Shown: piece by piece, positions 19,458 to 30,082 of the stretch
How positions within the stretch are numbered: the first letter of the stretch is position 1
Layout of the letters: every line of letters begins with the position of its first letter
DNA from: a virus
Taxonomy: Duplodnaviria; Caudoviricetes
IMG/VR virus record: IMGVR_UViG_3300010347_003561
Coordinates: 1 to 64,000 of that record
Length of the DNA: 64,000 bases
Direction: 5' to 3' (one strand)
Translations under genes and position numbers: made by a program
Notes under the pieces: model-generated
Told to the model about the DNA's origin: nothing
The model's database searches: none
What the model saw: only the letters and a program-made list of their open reading frames with translations

Positions 19458-20858
19458 TTAGCTGTGTTGATTCTTAGGCGCCGTTCTGTTGTCGGTCTCT
19501 TTCGAGTTGTCCGCCTGCGCTTTGGCTGTGAATTCGGCCTGTTGCTTCGTAACCCGCACAAGATGTAAGTCTTCGTCGATAGATTTCCCCGTGAACCCGA
19601 GAGCTGTCCTCGTTTCCTTGAAGGTCGCGACGTTGTGTTCGTACAGGAAGACACTGTTGTTGGTCTTCTTCGTCAACGTCTCGATGTCCGGCTCGTTGAA
19701 CAGGAGTACCGGTCTGCCTTCGACCAGCGTGGCCGGGTGGTAGCCCATGTCGCACACGATGTGGTCGAGGAAGTAAGTCTGGAAGAAACTGGCGAAGAGG
19801 AGCTGCATATCGCGGACCTTGTCGAAGTGCGGCACTCGCGCGTCGCCGGAAGTCGCCCTGTTTGCCGCGCCGGCCTCGCCGAATCCGACGCTGGAACCTC
19901 CGATCGCAGAGTAGATCTTGGTCTTGAAGTATTCTATGAAGGAGAGTATGTCCTTTATGTTGGCGCTGACTATTCCTATATCGTGGTCGCCCGGCATCAC
20001 CAGCATTCCGTCGGAAGGGTTCCACGTCAGGTTCTTCTTGACGGCGTCTATGTCTTGCTGTTTGCCTGGGCGGTCCGGAGTTCCAACCTTGTAAACGGTT
20101 ATCACGTACATGTTCTGGCGTATCATGTCCTGGATAACCTCTTCGAGCGTCCTCAGAGCGAGTACGTCTTCGAGGACCTCCGAGAGCGGCGGCCGGCCGA
20201 ACGGCGTGGAGTTTTCGTCGTAGATTATGTGGACCATGTCGTTCTTATCGACGTTAACGACGCCCTGCGTTCTAGTCCAGTTGGTCGGGTAATTGACGAC
20301 GTCGGGGCTTTTCGCGTTTATGTAGAGCGAGGCCTCGAATACGCTCGCGTCGAGCTGGTATGTCTTCACGGAGCCGTTGTTCTTTCTGTCGATCTTCACC
20401 ATGAGCGGATCTATCGGATAAACGCCGGAGATTGGTTCGAGCGTTTTGTCGTCTATCCACGTGTAAGAGCGGCCAGACGAATTGCCTGCGTTCCTTATAA
20501 GCACGGCGTAGGCGTTCCCGTAGGCGATGAAGTTGTACAGCATGGTTCTCACGAAGCGGTACATCGTGGTCTTGCTGGCGACCTCTATCTCTCTCATGCG
20601 TTCCTGCAGCTTTTTGTTTATTCCTTCATCGTTGCTCATAACGTTGAAGCCGTGGCGCATACAACCCTCGACGGTGTTGGATACCCACTGACGAAGTATG
20701 GAGTCGGACCGAATGGCGTCCCTCAACTTCACGACGAGATTGGAAAATTCGAACGATTGTTTCGGCCGTTCCTTTTTAGCGTATTGACTTATCTTCGGTT
20801 CTATAGCCAGAACCTGGGCGTCGTTCGATCGTTTTCTGAAGGAATCAAAAAAAGACAC
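19458..20858 (-). CDS. Portal protein
   Basis: YGNAY, YPIDP, DMVHI, PFGRPPL, YKVGT; start reassigned to GTG 20858 after GGAGGTG. Confidence 0.85.
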   Translation of the reverse strand: MSFFDSFRKRSNDAQVLAIEPKISQYAKKERPKQSFEFSNLVVKLRDAIRSDSILRQWVSNTVEGCMRHGFNVMSNDEGINKKLQERMREIEVASKTTMYRFVRTMLYNFIAYGNAYAVLIRNAGNSSGRSYTWIDDKTLEPISGVYPIDPLMVKIDRKNNGSVKTYQLDASVFEASLYINAKSPDVVNYPTNWTRTQGVVNVDKNDMVHIIYDENSTPFGRPPLSEVLEDVLALRTLEEVIQDMIRQNMYVITVYKVGTPDRPGKQQDIDAVKKNLTWNPSDGMLVMPGDHDIGIVSANIKDILSFIEYFKTKIYSAIGGSSVGFGEAGAANRATSGDARVPHFDKVRDMQLLFASFFQTYFLDHIVCDMGYHPATLVEGRPVLLFNEPDIETLTKKTNNSVFLYEHNVATFKETRTALGFTGKSIDEDLHLVRVTKQQAEFTAKAQADNSKETDNRTAPKNQHS

Positions 20859-20887
20859 GGTGTTACACCTCCGCTCGTTCTCCATTT

Positions 20888-20899
20888 GAAGGAATAACA
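20888..20899 (-). promoter_or_regulatory. Putative late promoter TGTTATTCCTTC
   Basis: Same 12-mer upstream of the portal RBS. Confidence 0.6.
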
Positions 20900-20926
20900 C
20901 CGTGCCGGATTCAATGCCTATTCAAC

Positions 20927-22882
20927 TTACATTCTTTCGAAGATACCTCTTATCTTTTCTATATCCTTAGATGTGCTGCTCTTTATGAACTTGACCGTGT
21001 TCACAATATCCTTGAACTTCGCGGGCGCCTCGAGCAGCACGGATCTCAAGACCTCCTCGGCTGCCGTGTCCTCGGGCGAATTCGACGGCGAAGCCATGCC
21101 GCCGCCCGCAGGTTGAGCTGCCACCAGTTCGTCGCTCTGCGTTTCGGCCGGGTTTATTATCTCGTGATCCACGTACACGTATGTGCCGTCCTCGAGCAGG
21201 AAGGTGGTCGAGTCTGGCGATTGCCGCCTGTTGACCACGAGGAGGTCGTCGTACTTAGAGTCTATGAACGTCGCTTTCGGGGAGGCGTCGATCCTTATGT
21301 TACCGACGGGGTCCAGGTACACGCCGGGCGTGTTCGTGGCCGGCACGTTCTGGTTTATACCCTTCAGCATGGAGTTGGAGACCTCGTAGGCGTAGTTTTC
21401 GAGGTCGAGGACTATCTCTTTGACGGCCTGTTGCACGGCCTTCGACGCGGCAGCGCGCAACTTCGGCGTATCGACGTTTCTCTCCCATTCGCTCTTCTTG
21501 TTCTGGTCGAGTCTCTTCTCTTCCCACTTGTCCTGAAGCAGCTCGGCGCCGTCCTTTATTGAGTCGATGATGGGGTTGACGATGAAACCGTTCCACAGAT
21601 TATCGCCTATGTTCTCCCATATGTTGTCGCCGACGTCAACGTTCCACCAGTCCGGCAGAGAACCGCGAATAGACTCTTCTATATTTATCTCCATCTCTTC
21701 CGGTTTCGCCGTAAGGAACTTGTCGCAATTCATGTTGTCGTCTATGTCGTCCATTATCGACTTCATCGCGTCTTTCAGGGCTCGCCAGAAGCCTATTACG
21801 TCTATCGAGGAGAACGAGAAATCGACCTGTTCGGCCATCGACTTCACGTATGAGGATATGTTGAGAAGCACGTCGTCGATAGGTTTCTCGACGGCTTTGA
21901 CCGAGCCGGAGATCATGGATTGCGAGAAGTTTATGTACCAGGCGCATTTCGCCATCTCTTTGGGGATAACGAGCCGCTTCGGGTTCTTCGACATCTTGGC
22001 TATCACGAATTGCTTTATCATGCCGCCGCCATCGCTGATGGTCGTTGGAACACCTTCGATCTCGACCTGCGTGTTGGCAAAAAGAAGCGCGTTCCTCGCC
22101 GCGATCGACGACTGCATGAGGAGGTCGAACATTCTCTCGAAGACATCGGCGAGCTTTTTGAGGACGCCGTACATGGTTGCGGCCACCAAGAAGGAGCCGA
22201 TGCTGGTCATGAACTTCACAACGTTCTGAGAGGAGAGGGTTGTGTATATGTCCATGTAGAATTGGAGGTCTTTCACGTACTCGTCCATCTTGCTTATGAA
22301 TTCGGATTTACGTATCTTTCGCATCTTCTCGACGACTTTATCCATTGTCTCGTTGACCGTATCGACGGCGCTAAACTCGCTTCCGGGAGCGTATATCGAA
22401 ACCGCGGTGTCTGCTGTCCACAACGTGCAGCAAATGAATTCGAGAAGCACAGACTTCACGACTGGCGCATATCCCTGGTAATATAGCTGCGCGGCCGAAA
22501 CGACCTTGTACATTCCGTCGAGAATGTCCGACAATTTCCCTTCGAGGTCGCTCATTTTCAGGTTCTTCCAGTAATCGGCGGTGAGGGCTGGCCTTAGCTT
22601 GTCCATTCCCTCCTTCCATGTCTGCGAAGCCTGACCGGCTATCGCGAGTTCGGCCTCGCTCATTAGCGAGTTTGGACCCTGTGTCAGGAACGTGGCCACG
22701 TCGCCGTAGCCGCCGAGCGCCTTCTCTATTGCCGAACCTTGCGAGCCCGCCAGGTCGCGCATCATGTCGGCCGAGTTGTTCATCTCGTCGCATATAGCGT
22801 CGGTTATGAGATGAGTGTTCAGAGAATTTGCCATAGCGACGGCAACCGTTTTTGCGCCGTCAAGTGCGTCTTCGAAACTCAT
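20927..22882 (-). CDS. Hypothetical helical protein (651 aa), probably virion-associated
   Basis: Long ORF inside the morphogenesis operon; no recognised motif. Confidence 0.6.
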   Translation of the reverse strand: MSFEDALDGAKTVAVAMANSLNTHLITDAICDEMNNSADMMRDLAGSQGSAIEKALGGYGDVATFLTQGPNSLMSEAELAIAGQASQTWKEGMDKLRPALTADYWKNLKMSDLEGKLSDILDGMYKVVSAAQLYYQGYAPVVKSVLLEFICCTLWTADTAVSIYAPGSEFSAVDTVNETMDKVVEKMRKIRKSEFISKMDEYVKDLQFYMDIYTTLSSQNVVKFMTSIGSFLVAATMYGVLKKLADVFERMFDLLMQSSIAARNALLFANTQVEIEGVPTTISDGGGMIKQFVIAKMSKNPKRLVIPKEMAKCAWYINFSQSMISGSVKAVEKPIDDVLLNISSYVKSMAEQVDFSFSSIDVIGFWRALKDAMKSIMDDIDDNMNCDKFLTAKPEEMEINIEESIRGSLPDWWNVDVGDNIWENIGDNLWNGFIVNPIIDSIKDGAELLQDKWEEKRLDQNKKSEWERNVDTPKLRAAASKAVQQAVKEIVLDLENYAYEVSNSMLKGINQNVPATNTPGVYLDPVGNIRIDASPKATFIDSKYDDLLVVNRRQSPDSTTFLLEDGTYVYVDHEIINPAETQSDELVAAQPAGGGMASPSNSPEDTAAEEVLRSVLLEAPAKFKDIVNTVKFIKSSTSKDIEKIRGIFERM

Positions 22883-23082
22883 TTCTTCTTCGCCGCCTGC
22901 TGTACGACTTTGTCTGCCATTCCCTTAGACAATTCCTGTTCCACCCCGTCGCGGAAAAAGCCGGCGACAGTTACGGCGCTCGCGCGCGCCTTCGGGTCGG
23001 AATTGGCCTGAACCGGGGAAACGGAATACCTGCTATCGACCACTTTCGATTCTATGAATATCTCTCTCTTTTTCGCAGCCAT
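22879..23082 (-). CDS. Small hypothetical protein
   Basis: GGAGG RBS; ATGA overlap with the next gene. Confidence 0.55.
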   Translation of the reverse strand: MAAKKREIFIESKVVDSRYSVSPVQANSDPKARASAVTVAGFFRDGVEQELSKGMADKVVQQAAKKK

Positions 23083-23096
23083 GTTGTTCCTCCGTT

Positions 23097-25091
23097 TTAC
23101 TTAACAGCCTCAAGCACGTCGGCCGGGAAGACGTCGCCAAGGAAGATATACGAGTTCCTCTTGTGGAGCCTGTACAGCCTGATCGCTTCGCTCACCTGTT
23201 CGAGAGTCAGCTCGGTAGGCAAGTTGTAGGCCTGACACAACCTGTACCTCAGCTTTTCGCCGCTGTGGTACAGCTCGTCTATCTCGTCCATCGAGACCAG
23301 CGCGAGGATCAGGTCGTTCGGTATGTTAGGGTACTTCACCTGCAGTCCGAGTAGTTCGGTGGAGTCGAGCGGTATGAAGCCCTTCGGCACGGAGAGAGTG
23401 GCGTTCACATTTATTATGTAAGTGTCCTTGGTTATGTCGGCGCCAAACTCCACTCCGACGTCGTCCAGCGCGCTGGCCTGCAAGAACGGGTTAGAACGGG
23501 AATAGTTGAGTTTCCCGAGCAGTTCGTCAACCAGTTCGTTCATCTGTTCCGTTCCCTGTCCCTGTATGCTCTTGAGTATGTTCGTTGCCTCGTCTATGGC
23601 AGGCGTCAGATCGGCCTGCGTTTTATCGACCCACACCGAGCCGAAGACAGGCACCTTTTCTATCGAGAGGTTTATTATCCCTCTGAAGACCAGCTCCTCC
23701 ATGAACATCGGGAGCATGTTGGCGACGTAGTCATTCTGGTACGCCAGATAGCGATAGCCGCCGCAGGATCTTATGTAGAGCTGTATCTCGCTGGCGAAAG
23801 TCTTCGTAACGTTCGATGCGATGTATAAATCGCCGTTGTTCTCGCGTACCCAATCGTACAGCAGCCTCGGTCCGTCGATGGGGTCGGCGATGTAGGCCTT
23901 CGGTATGACTATCCTGCGGCACATCAAGCGCTGCTTCCTGTAGGCGGTGAAGTACGCGAGCTTCTCGAAAGCGAAGGATTTCTCGTAATGTAAGGCGCGG
24001 CACAGGAGTTCTCCTACCGCGAAGGGTCCTATCTTTATCGACTTTATCGCATCGACGGCCCTGTTGTGCAGGTATTCGAGCCAGCCGAAGACGAAGACGA
24101 AGATCTGCATCATGTCGAGGTTCGTGGTTTCGGAAATTACGAGGCTCAAAAGCACGTACAGAAGGTAATCTTGCGTCGGTGTACAATCGGCGATCGGTTT
24201 GTCCTCCTCGTCGCTGAAGACGAAGACGTTGCCGTCGGGGAAGACGTATGTGTTCTCGCCCCACTGAGTGAAGGTCGTAGTGAAGACGGGGTTTATGTCG
24301 GGGCTGTACAGCAACGCTTCCTGCGGCGGTTTGGTGAGCCGTATCATGTCGTTGGCGTACAAGTAATCCTCGTACGTGACCTCGTCTTCCGGCAAATTGT
24401 CCCTGTATCCGTGGCCGCCGCCTATCTCGAAAGCCTCTATGTAATCTTTCAGCTTTATCTTCTCGATCCCCTTACCGTCGTCAACCGTTCCGGTGCCGGG
24501 CCTCGGTTTAGACGGATCGTACTCTCCAGACGGTGGTCTTGACGGTTGCTGCTCGATCGGCAGGCCGGTGACCGGATCTATCTCCGGCACAGTAGTGCCG
24601 GGCTGTGTTATTGGCAATCCGGTGATCGGGTCTGTCGCGGAGCCTGTTCCAGGCAGCGTCGTGGGCGTTTCGCCGGGCCTGGTGGTTCCGCCGGTACCCG
24701 GGCCTGTTATGGGCATGTAAGAGCCGTCTCCGTAATCGACATAGTAATTGTTTCCGGCCTCCCTGTCGAAAAGGTCGAGCGCCTTGCGGAACGGGCCTTC
24801 CATAGCGCCACCTATAAGACGAAGGTACTTCACGGCCTCCTTAACGTCTGGCCTGTTAGAAGGTATCTTTATACCGTAGTTTTTCAGTCGCCTGAAACCT
24901 TCGCGAGCGTTCGCGACTCCGAGTATGTACGCCTTCCTCAGCGTCTTGAAGCGTTTCTGCGCAGCATTTATATACGCGACGAACTCCGGCGGCAGGTTTT
25001 CCCTGCTCTGCTCCTCAAATCTGGCGTTGCTGATCTCGCTATTGGTTGAAGTCTTGCGCAGATCTCCGATCTTCTTTATCACGCCGTTCAT
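23097..25091 (-). CDS. Hypothetical protein (664 aa) with Pro/Thr/Gly-rich linker
   Basis: DPITGLPI/DPVTGLPI repeat; coupled to terL. Confidence 0.6.
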   Translation of the reverse strand: MNGVIKKIGDLRKTSTNSEISNARFEEQSRENLPPEFVAYINAAQKRFKTLRKAYILGVANAREGFRRLKNYGIKIPSNRPDVKEAVKYLRLIGGAMEGPFRKALDLFDREAGNNYYVDYGDGSYMPITGPGTGGTTRPGETPTTLPGTGSATDPITGLPITQPGTTVPEIDPVTGLPIEQQPSRPPSGEYDPSKPRPGTGTVDDGKGIEKIKLKDYIEAFEIGGGHGYRDNLPEDEVTYEDYLYANDMIRLTKPPQEALLYSPDINPVFTTTFTQWGENTYVFPDGNVFVFSDEEDKPIADCTPTQDYLLYVLLSLVISETTNLDMMQIFVFVFGWLEYLHNRAVDAIKSIKIGPFAVGELLCRALHYEKSFAFEKLAYFTAYRKQRLMCRRIVIPKAYIADPIDGPRLLYDWVRENNGDLYIASNVTKTFASEIQLYIRSCGGYRYLAYQNDYVANMLPMFMEELVFRGIINLSIEKVPVFGSVWVDKTQADLTPAIDEATNILKSIQGQGTEQMNELVDELLGKLNYSRSNPFLQASALDDVGVEFGADITKDTYIINVNATLSVPKGFIPLDSTELLGLQVKYPNIPNDLILALVSMDEIDELYHSGEKLRYRLCQAYNLPTELTLEQVSEAIRLYRLHKRNSYIFLGDVFPADVLEAVK

Positions 25092-26779
25092 CTCCTCGGT
25101 GCGAAGCCTCTCCTAGTTCTTCTGTTCATTGTAGCCCACGATCGGTCGGATAAACCGGCTCGGCCGGGAACGACGAAACGGCCGGCCTCCTCCTCGCGTT
25201 TCGCCTCGACGGCAACTGCATGCGTGAGCGTCCTGTTCGATTCTGCGTTTATCAGGTACATTCCGTAGAGGGCGAGTATGAAAGCCTCGAGCGTGTGGAC
25301 GTAACCCTTGCTGTATCGCGGCCCTCTGTCGGTAGTTCCTTCGACCTTGTAGGAGCGCAACTGTTTTACCAGCCTGTTCCCTATATCGTCGGAGCTAGAT
25401 AGCGTTATGAGGTTCCTCTCGAAGTATCTCGAAGTGGTCTGCACGATGAAGACCTTCATCATCTGCTCGAACTTCTGCCCGTTTATAGGATGCAACAGCT
25501 CTATCGTGTCGGAGAAGCCGACGGGTACTATCTGGTCCTCTGTTATTAGCGACGGATTGGAGTCGGCTATGGAGTATAGAGATTGAACCTGCATCTGGCC
25601 GAAGCCTTTATCGACTACTATCTTCTGGAAATGGTACTTCTTGTGCAATTCGATTATCCTTCTCACCGCTTCCGGCTGCGTGAAACGCGAAGGTTCGACT
25701 ATATCGGTGTATGTCACAAACCTGTTCAGTTCCGTGTCGTATCTCACCAGCGCAAGATGCACTCCGGCGAAGGACTCGTTCCAGTCAACGCCGAGCGTGT
25801 ATATGCCCTGCGGCAAATTATCCACGTTGTACGAATAATCCTTGACGGCCCTGTCTATGAAGTGGTTTGGGAAGACGCCGTTCTCCTGCGCCGTGAAAAG
25901 CGCGAGGATTTCGCGTTCGTAGCCTTCCTTGGTGTACATAGCCTTGAACTCGGCGTCCTGCCTTTCCGAGTAATGTTCCATCGACTGGTACTGTGCGTGT
26001 AACTCCTTGAACTGCGGCGAGTTGCACCACATGTAGAAGAAGGAATGGTCACCAGACGGAGTCGAGGAGGCTATCAGGTCGGCGTCGGGATTGCCAGACA
26101 GTATCGCTATCACAGCTTCGACGTCCGGCACGCCCATGTAATCCATCTCGTCTATGACTATGAAGTCGGCCGACTGGCCTCTTATTCCCTTACCGGAAGA
26201 GAAGCCGGTCGTGAAACCGCTTATGACCGAGCCGTTCGAGAAAGAGATCTCGTATGGGTCCGAGCTGTAAAACCGCCCTTTTATAGACGACTTCGACGTT
26301 ATTGAGGCACGCAGGAGTTCCGATGACTGGATCATCGAATTCATCTTGTCGAAGATGTTCTTCACCTGGTTGTCTTGCGGGGTCGCTATGAGCACACGCT
26401 TCCTCTCGTTGGTGAAGGCATAGTGAAGCGCCGAGATTCCCATGGCTATCGTTTTTCCGCACTGGCGCGAGATTCTCAGAGTCTTCCTCTTGGATGTACA
26501 GGTGAGGATCTCCCGCTGGAACCTTCTCAATTCGAAGCCGAGGTCAAATGCGAAATATACAGGGTCGAACAACATCATCGCGACGTCGTCGCCTTCATCT
26601 ATGCCGTACAGTTCTCTTATTCCGCCTTTCGGTATTGGGCGGCAACGCACGTCGAAATCGAGGCCCTTCTCGCTAACGTGCCGGAATACGCAGTTAGCGC
26701 ACATCGGGTCGAGCTCGTAGTCGATATTCAAAATCGCTTGCGCAAACTTGTTCTTTTCACTTTCCGATACCTTTTTCAT
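25088..26779 (-). CDS. terL: Terminase large subunit
   Basis: Walker A SRQCGKT, Walker B FIVIDEMD, SSTP coupling motif, nuclease LGVDWN. Confidence 0.92.
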   Translation of the reverse strand: MKKVSESEKNKFAQAILNIDYELDPMCANCVFRHVSEKGLDFDVRCRPIPKGGIRELYGIDEGDDVAMMLFDPVYFAFDLGFELRRFQREILTCTSKRKTLRISRQCGKTIAMGISALHYAFTNERKRVLIATPQDNQVKNIFDKMNSMIQSSELLRASITSKSSIKGRFYSSDPYEISFSNGSVISGFTTGFSSGKGIRGQSADFIVIDEMDYMGVPDVEAVIAILSGNPDADLIASSTPSGDHSFFYMWCNSPQFKELHAQYQSMEHYSERQDAEFKAMYTKEGYEREILALFTAQENGVFPNHFIDRAVKDYSYNVDNLPQGIYTLGVDWNESFAGVHLALVRYDTELNRFVTYTDIVEPSRFTQPEAVRRIIELHKKYHFQKIVVDKGFGQMQVQSLYSIADSNPSLITEDQIVPVGFSDTIELLHPINGQKFEQMMKVFIVQTTSRYFERNLITLSSSDDIGNRLVKQLRSYKVEGTTDRGPRYSKGYVHTLEAFILALYGMYLINAESNRTLTHAVAVEAKREEEAGRFVVPGRAGLSDRSWATMNRRTRRGFAPRR

Positions 26780-26786
26780 AACTCAC

Positions 26787-27764
26787 CTATCCCATGAATC
26801 TGTACATTATGTAAGGGTTATCCAGTCTCGGGACGCCGGCGTTCTCCGCCTTGGCCGCCATCATCTTCTGGATCGCCGCCTGCCTCACGGCGGCCGCGGC
26901 CTTCGAATCGACGAACTCTCCGCGAAAATCCGAATTGGAAGTTACGACTGGCCGTATATCGTTGTACACCTTGCCGAGATATCTGAAGTATTCGAAAGAG
27001 CCTTTGGCTAGCGAGGAGACCAGCCCTATCGTAGAAGCCACGTTGGTTACTGTCAAGACGTCGGCGACCACGCTTCCGAGTTTTGCGACTCCGACGGTCC
27101 TCGCCAGTTTCACGGCGGCCTTTTCTAGTTCGTCGGGTTTCACTACTCCGGCCAGCGCATTCTTGACGCCAGAGAGATCACCCTTCCCGAATATGAGGAG
27201 GAATGGATCTATTAGATCGTTTTTGACTATGTTCGCGTACTTCTTTCCGAAGTTTCCGAAGACGGCGCCCAGCTTCTTCCCAAAGCCCAATTCCGTACCC
27301 TCGGCACCGGCCTTCCACGCTTCCTTCATACTTCCGGCGAAGATGGACCATGTCGGCTTCAACTGGAACTTCTTCTTGAAGAGCGCGTCTTCAAGTCCAG
27401 TCTCCTTGATAACCTGCCAGAAGCGGCCGGCCGTTTCGCGTTGGACCCTGTTTCGCCAGCCGAGGAGTCCTATGTTCGATTTTTGCGCCAACGGCACATA
27501 CGACTGGAGCGTTGCGCCGGTTATGCCCTTGGCCGCAGCGATGTCGTCTATCCACTTGACAACGTCGCCTCCTATTCGCTTCTTAAAGAGCTTGGAAGTC
27601 AAAAGGCCGGTCGAGACTCCGAACGGGGTCATCTCTATGTTTTCCAAAAAGTTAGCCAGTGCTGCGCGGCCTATGAACGTTGCGACGCCGCCGACAATAG
27701 CGGTGCCGCCGACGCCGGATTGTGAGACCTGTTCGTTGTTAAGCGAATAGAAGTCGCTTGGCAT
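26787..27764 (-). CDS. Hypothetical Gly/Ala-rich basic protein
   Basis: 325-aa ORF in the operon; hydrophobic segments. Confidence 0.55.
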   Translation of the reverse strand: MPSDFYSLNNEQVSQSGVGGTAIVGGVATFIGRAALANFLENIEMTPFGVSTGLLTSKLFKKRIGGDVVKWIDDIAAAKGITGATLQSYVPLAQKSNIGLLGWRNRVQRETAGRFWQVIKETGLEDALFKKKFQLKPTWSIFAGSMKEAWKAGAEGTELGFGKKLGAVFGNFGKKYANIVKNDLIDPFLLIFGKGDLSGVKNALAGVVKPDELEKAAVKLARTVGVAKLGSVVADVLTVTNVASTIGLVSSLAKGSFEYFRYLGKVYNDIRPVVTSNSDFRGEFVDSKAAAAVRQAAIQKMMAAKAENAGVPRLDNPYIMYRFMG

Positions 27765-27765
27765 A

Positions 27766-28677
27766 TCAGATTACCGCCACGTTCCCGCCGGCGTTTATCT
27801 TGGAAGTGCTGTTTGAGATAGCCTCGACGGTCTTCATCGGAATGGTCAAGGCGCCGTACACGCCGCCAGCGGCAGCGCCGAGGCCGAGCGAAGTCTTGGC
27901 TATCTGCTTGGCCGTGAAGCCGTACCCCAATTCCTTGTTGACGAATCTCGGGGCGGCCGAGTAGCCCTGCAGTTTCGATTCGGCGACCATCTTTGCCGAT
28001 CTGTACAACTTGTCTCCGCTATCGGCAGCGGTGAGCCTCGTGCCTATCGTGTTGGCGTAGTTGTCCCTGAACTCGTCCCAGGAGAGGTTCTTGCCGGTAA
28101 CTCCGGAAAACTCCTTGAGGATATTCTGCTGCTTGTTGAAGAGCGGATCGCCCTTCTTGGCGGCGCCGTATAGCGCGTGCTTTTGACCCTTCGTGGACAA
28201 TCCGGTAAGGTCGTCGTAGTTCCCGACCATGAACTTTGCGGCCCTGTCGAGATGTTCGACGTATTCCTTCGTTGCAGCCATTTCCCAGGACTGGCCGCCA
28301 AGTCTGTTACCAATAGTCTTTCCCTCCACGACGGTCATGTCGTGAAGGAAGTCGAGGTTTTCGTTCTTCAATTTGTTGGCGAAGGAATAGGCGTAATCGA
28401 GTTTAGGATCGACGCGCATCTTCTGCGTGCCTTTTGCTACCTCGTCGGTTATGGCGAACCGGCCGCCGAGGTTGGCCTTCTCCTTGCTTATAACCTTGCT
28501 CAGTATCTTCTCGCCCTTCTTTATGGCGTGCCGGCCTCTAATGCTTGCAACGTTCGAATTCATGCCGGAGACTTCGCTTACTGCCTTCGAGATCTTCTCG
28601 TTGGAGTCGTTGACTGAACTGGCTACTTTCTTTATAACTTTTTCCATTATATCCAGGGCTTTAGGCACCGAACTCAC
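27766..28677 (-). CDS. Hypothetical Lys-rich protein with hydrophobic C-terminus
   Basis: 303-aa ORF; LGLGAAAGGVYGAL segment. Confidence 0.55.
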   Translation of the reverse strand: MSSVPKALDIMEKVIKKVASSVNDSNEKISKAVSEVSGMNSNVASIRGRHAIKKGEKILSKVISKEKANLGGRFAITDEVAKGTQKMRVDPKLDYAYSFANKLKNENLDFLHDMTVVEGKTIGNRLGGQSWEMAATKEYVEHLDRAAKFMVGNYDDLTGLSTKGQKHALYGAAKKGDPLFNKQQNILKEFSGVTGKNLSWDEFRDNYANTIGTRLTAADSGDKLYRSAKMVAESKLQGYSAAPRFVNKELGYGFTAKQIAKTSLGLGAAAGGVYGALTIPMKTVEAISNSTSKINAGGNVAVI

Positions 28678-29278
28678 CTCTCATCTTTTTCTCGAGTTTC
28701 TGTTTCATCTTGGCCGCCAGCACAGACGGGTCGGAGACCTTCTTGGCTCCCGATTCTCTGGTGGCGTTCAAGGCCTTCAATATTCTCATTCTCTTTTCGT
28801 GCCATTTCTCGACGGCCATAACGAGATCGTTCAACTTCTTCGAGAAAGTTTTCGACGTTTCCGTTTCCGTTACAACGACTTCGCGGAACCCTTCGCTTGC
28901 CAGCTCGGCCTTGGCACGCATTATCTCGACGTCTGTCTCCACGAGCGTCTGTATCATGGTAACATCGGTTCTCTCCTTGAAGGAAACGTCGAACTGCTCC
29001 ATGTACTCCCTGGTCCACTTCTCGGCCAAGGCTCTCTCCATCGGGCATTTTTCGCCTTTCGGAAATTTCTTGGTCGAATAGAAGGGGCAGGACGCTCCGT
29101 ATATGCACTTTTCTGCCTTGCATTCGAGGAGGAAAGTGAAGAGGACGCCGGCCGACATGTTGAGTACCGCGTTCTGTATGGCGGCCTTCTCGTCCTGATT
29201 GAACTTGTCCGGTACGAATTTTAGAACTTCGTTGACGTCTAGCGGAAGACTAACTATTTTCTGTATCTGATTCTCCAT
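28661..29278 (-). CDS. Putative terminase small subunit
   Basis: Cys cluster (C..EKC....CPF....G.KCPME), helical, ends in LNATRE; upstream of terL. Confidence 0.5.
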   Translation of the reverse strand: MENQIQKIVSLPLDVNEVLKFVPDKFNQDEKAAIQNAVLNMSAGVLFTFLLECKAEKCIYGASCPFYSTKKFPKGEKCPMERALAEKWTREYMEQFDVSFKERTDVTMIQTLVETDVEIMRAKAELASEGFREVVVTETETSKTFSKKLNDLVMAVEKWHEKRMRILKALNATRESGAKKVSDPSVLAAKMKQKLEKKMRGEFGA

Positions 29279-29771
29279 CTTCGCCCTCGAAAAGGCCGGT
29301 CTGTGAAGCCTGCATCTTTATTATCTGCCTGGAGTATTCCGAAAACCTGTCGAGCGACTTGACGGTGGCGAGCGGCACCTCGCGCTCGGTCATGTACTTG
29401 GCGTTCTTGAGATCGACCGGGAACCATTTTCGACTCTCCCTGTCACGCTTGGGCAACCTGACGACGTAGCGCGTACCGTAGTTGTTCGATTCTATCGGCG
29501 CCAAGAAGCCCCAATCTACAAGAGCACGCACGTTCTTCTCGACCGTCGATTTTCGCAGTTTCGTAACTTCCGCCATTCCGCGAAAGGAAAGATGGCCAGT
29601 CGTCTTCTTCCCGAAGGCTATCGAGTCCCTGTACATAACCAGATATACCCTCGTGATCGACGGTGGACGCACCTCTGTCAGAAAATCGAGAACGGTGTTC
29701 GGAATCTGAACGAACCCATAACCCGGCCTTGCAATCTTTATCATTCCATTCACTCCCTTATACATGGACAC
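29250..29771 (-). CDS. Winged-HTH protein resembling phage replication-initiator N-termini
   Basis: FVQIPNTVLD...VYLVMYR...LSFRGMAEVTKLRKSTVEKNVRALVDWGFL. Confidence 0.6.
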   Translation of the reverse strand: MSMYKGVNGMIKIARPGYGFVQIPNTVLDFLTEVRPPSITRVYLVMYRDSIAFGKKTTGHLSFRGMAEVTKLRKSTVEKNVRALVDWGFLAPIESNNYGTRYVVRLPKRDRESRKWFPVDLKNAKYMTEREVPLATVKSLDRFSEYSRQIIKMQASQTGLFEGEDGESDTENS

Positions 29772-29899
29772 CAGTCCTATTTGTGAACCCCCACCGCCAA
29801 AATTATATCAACTCCGGACACTTAGTTGAAATCAAAAACGCAGCGAACGATAACTGACGAGGGAAGTGAGTTTGGTTTGCCAACTGCCTCGAATATCTA

Positions 29900-30067
29900 T
29901 CACAAGTGTCCATGTATGTTACCAGAAGAATCGCCGGGAACGTGTTCCGGCCCCTGGCGAATTAAATAACCGCCGCAAATTGGACATTTTCGAAGTTTCT
30001 GTTCCGGCGTTTTCTCCAGAAACGGGTATTCCAACCCGCACGTTCTACATACGTAAACAAACAGCAT
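29900..30067 (-). CDS. Small zinc-ribbon (FmdB-like) protein
   Basis: AGGAGG RBS then MLFVYVCRTCG...KCPICGG; this is the real part of track ORF 29900-30502. Confidence 0.7.
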   Translation of the reverse strand: MLFVYVCRTCGLEYPFLEKTPEQKLRKCPICGGYLIRQGPEHVPGDSSGNIHGHL

Positions 30068-30082
30068 ATTCCCTCCTAATAC

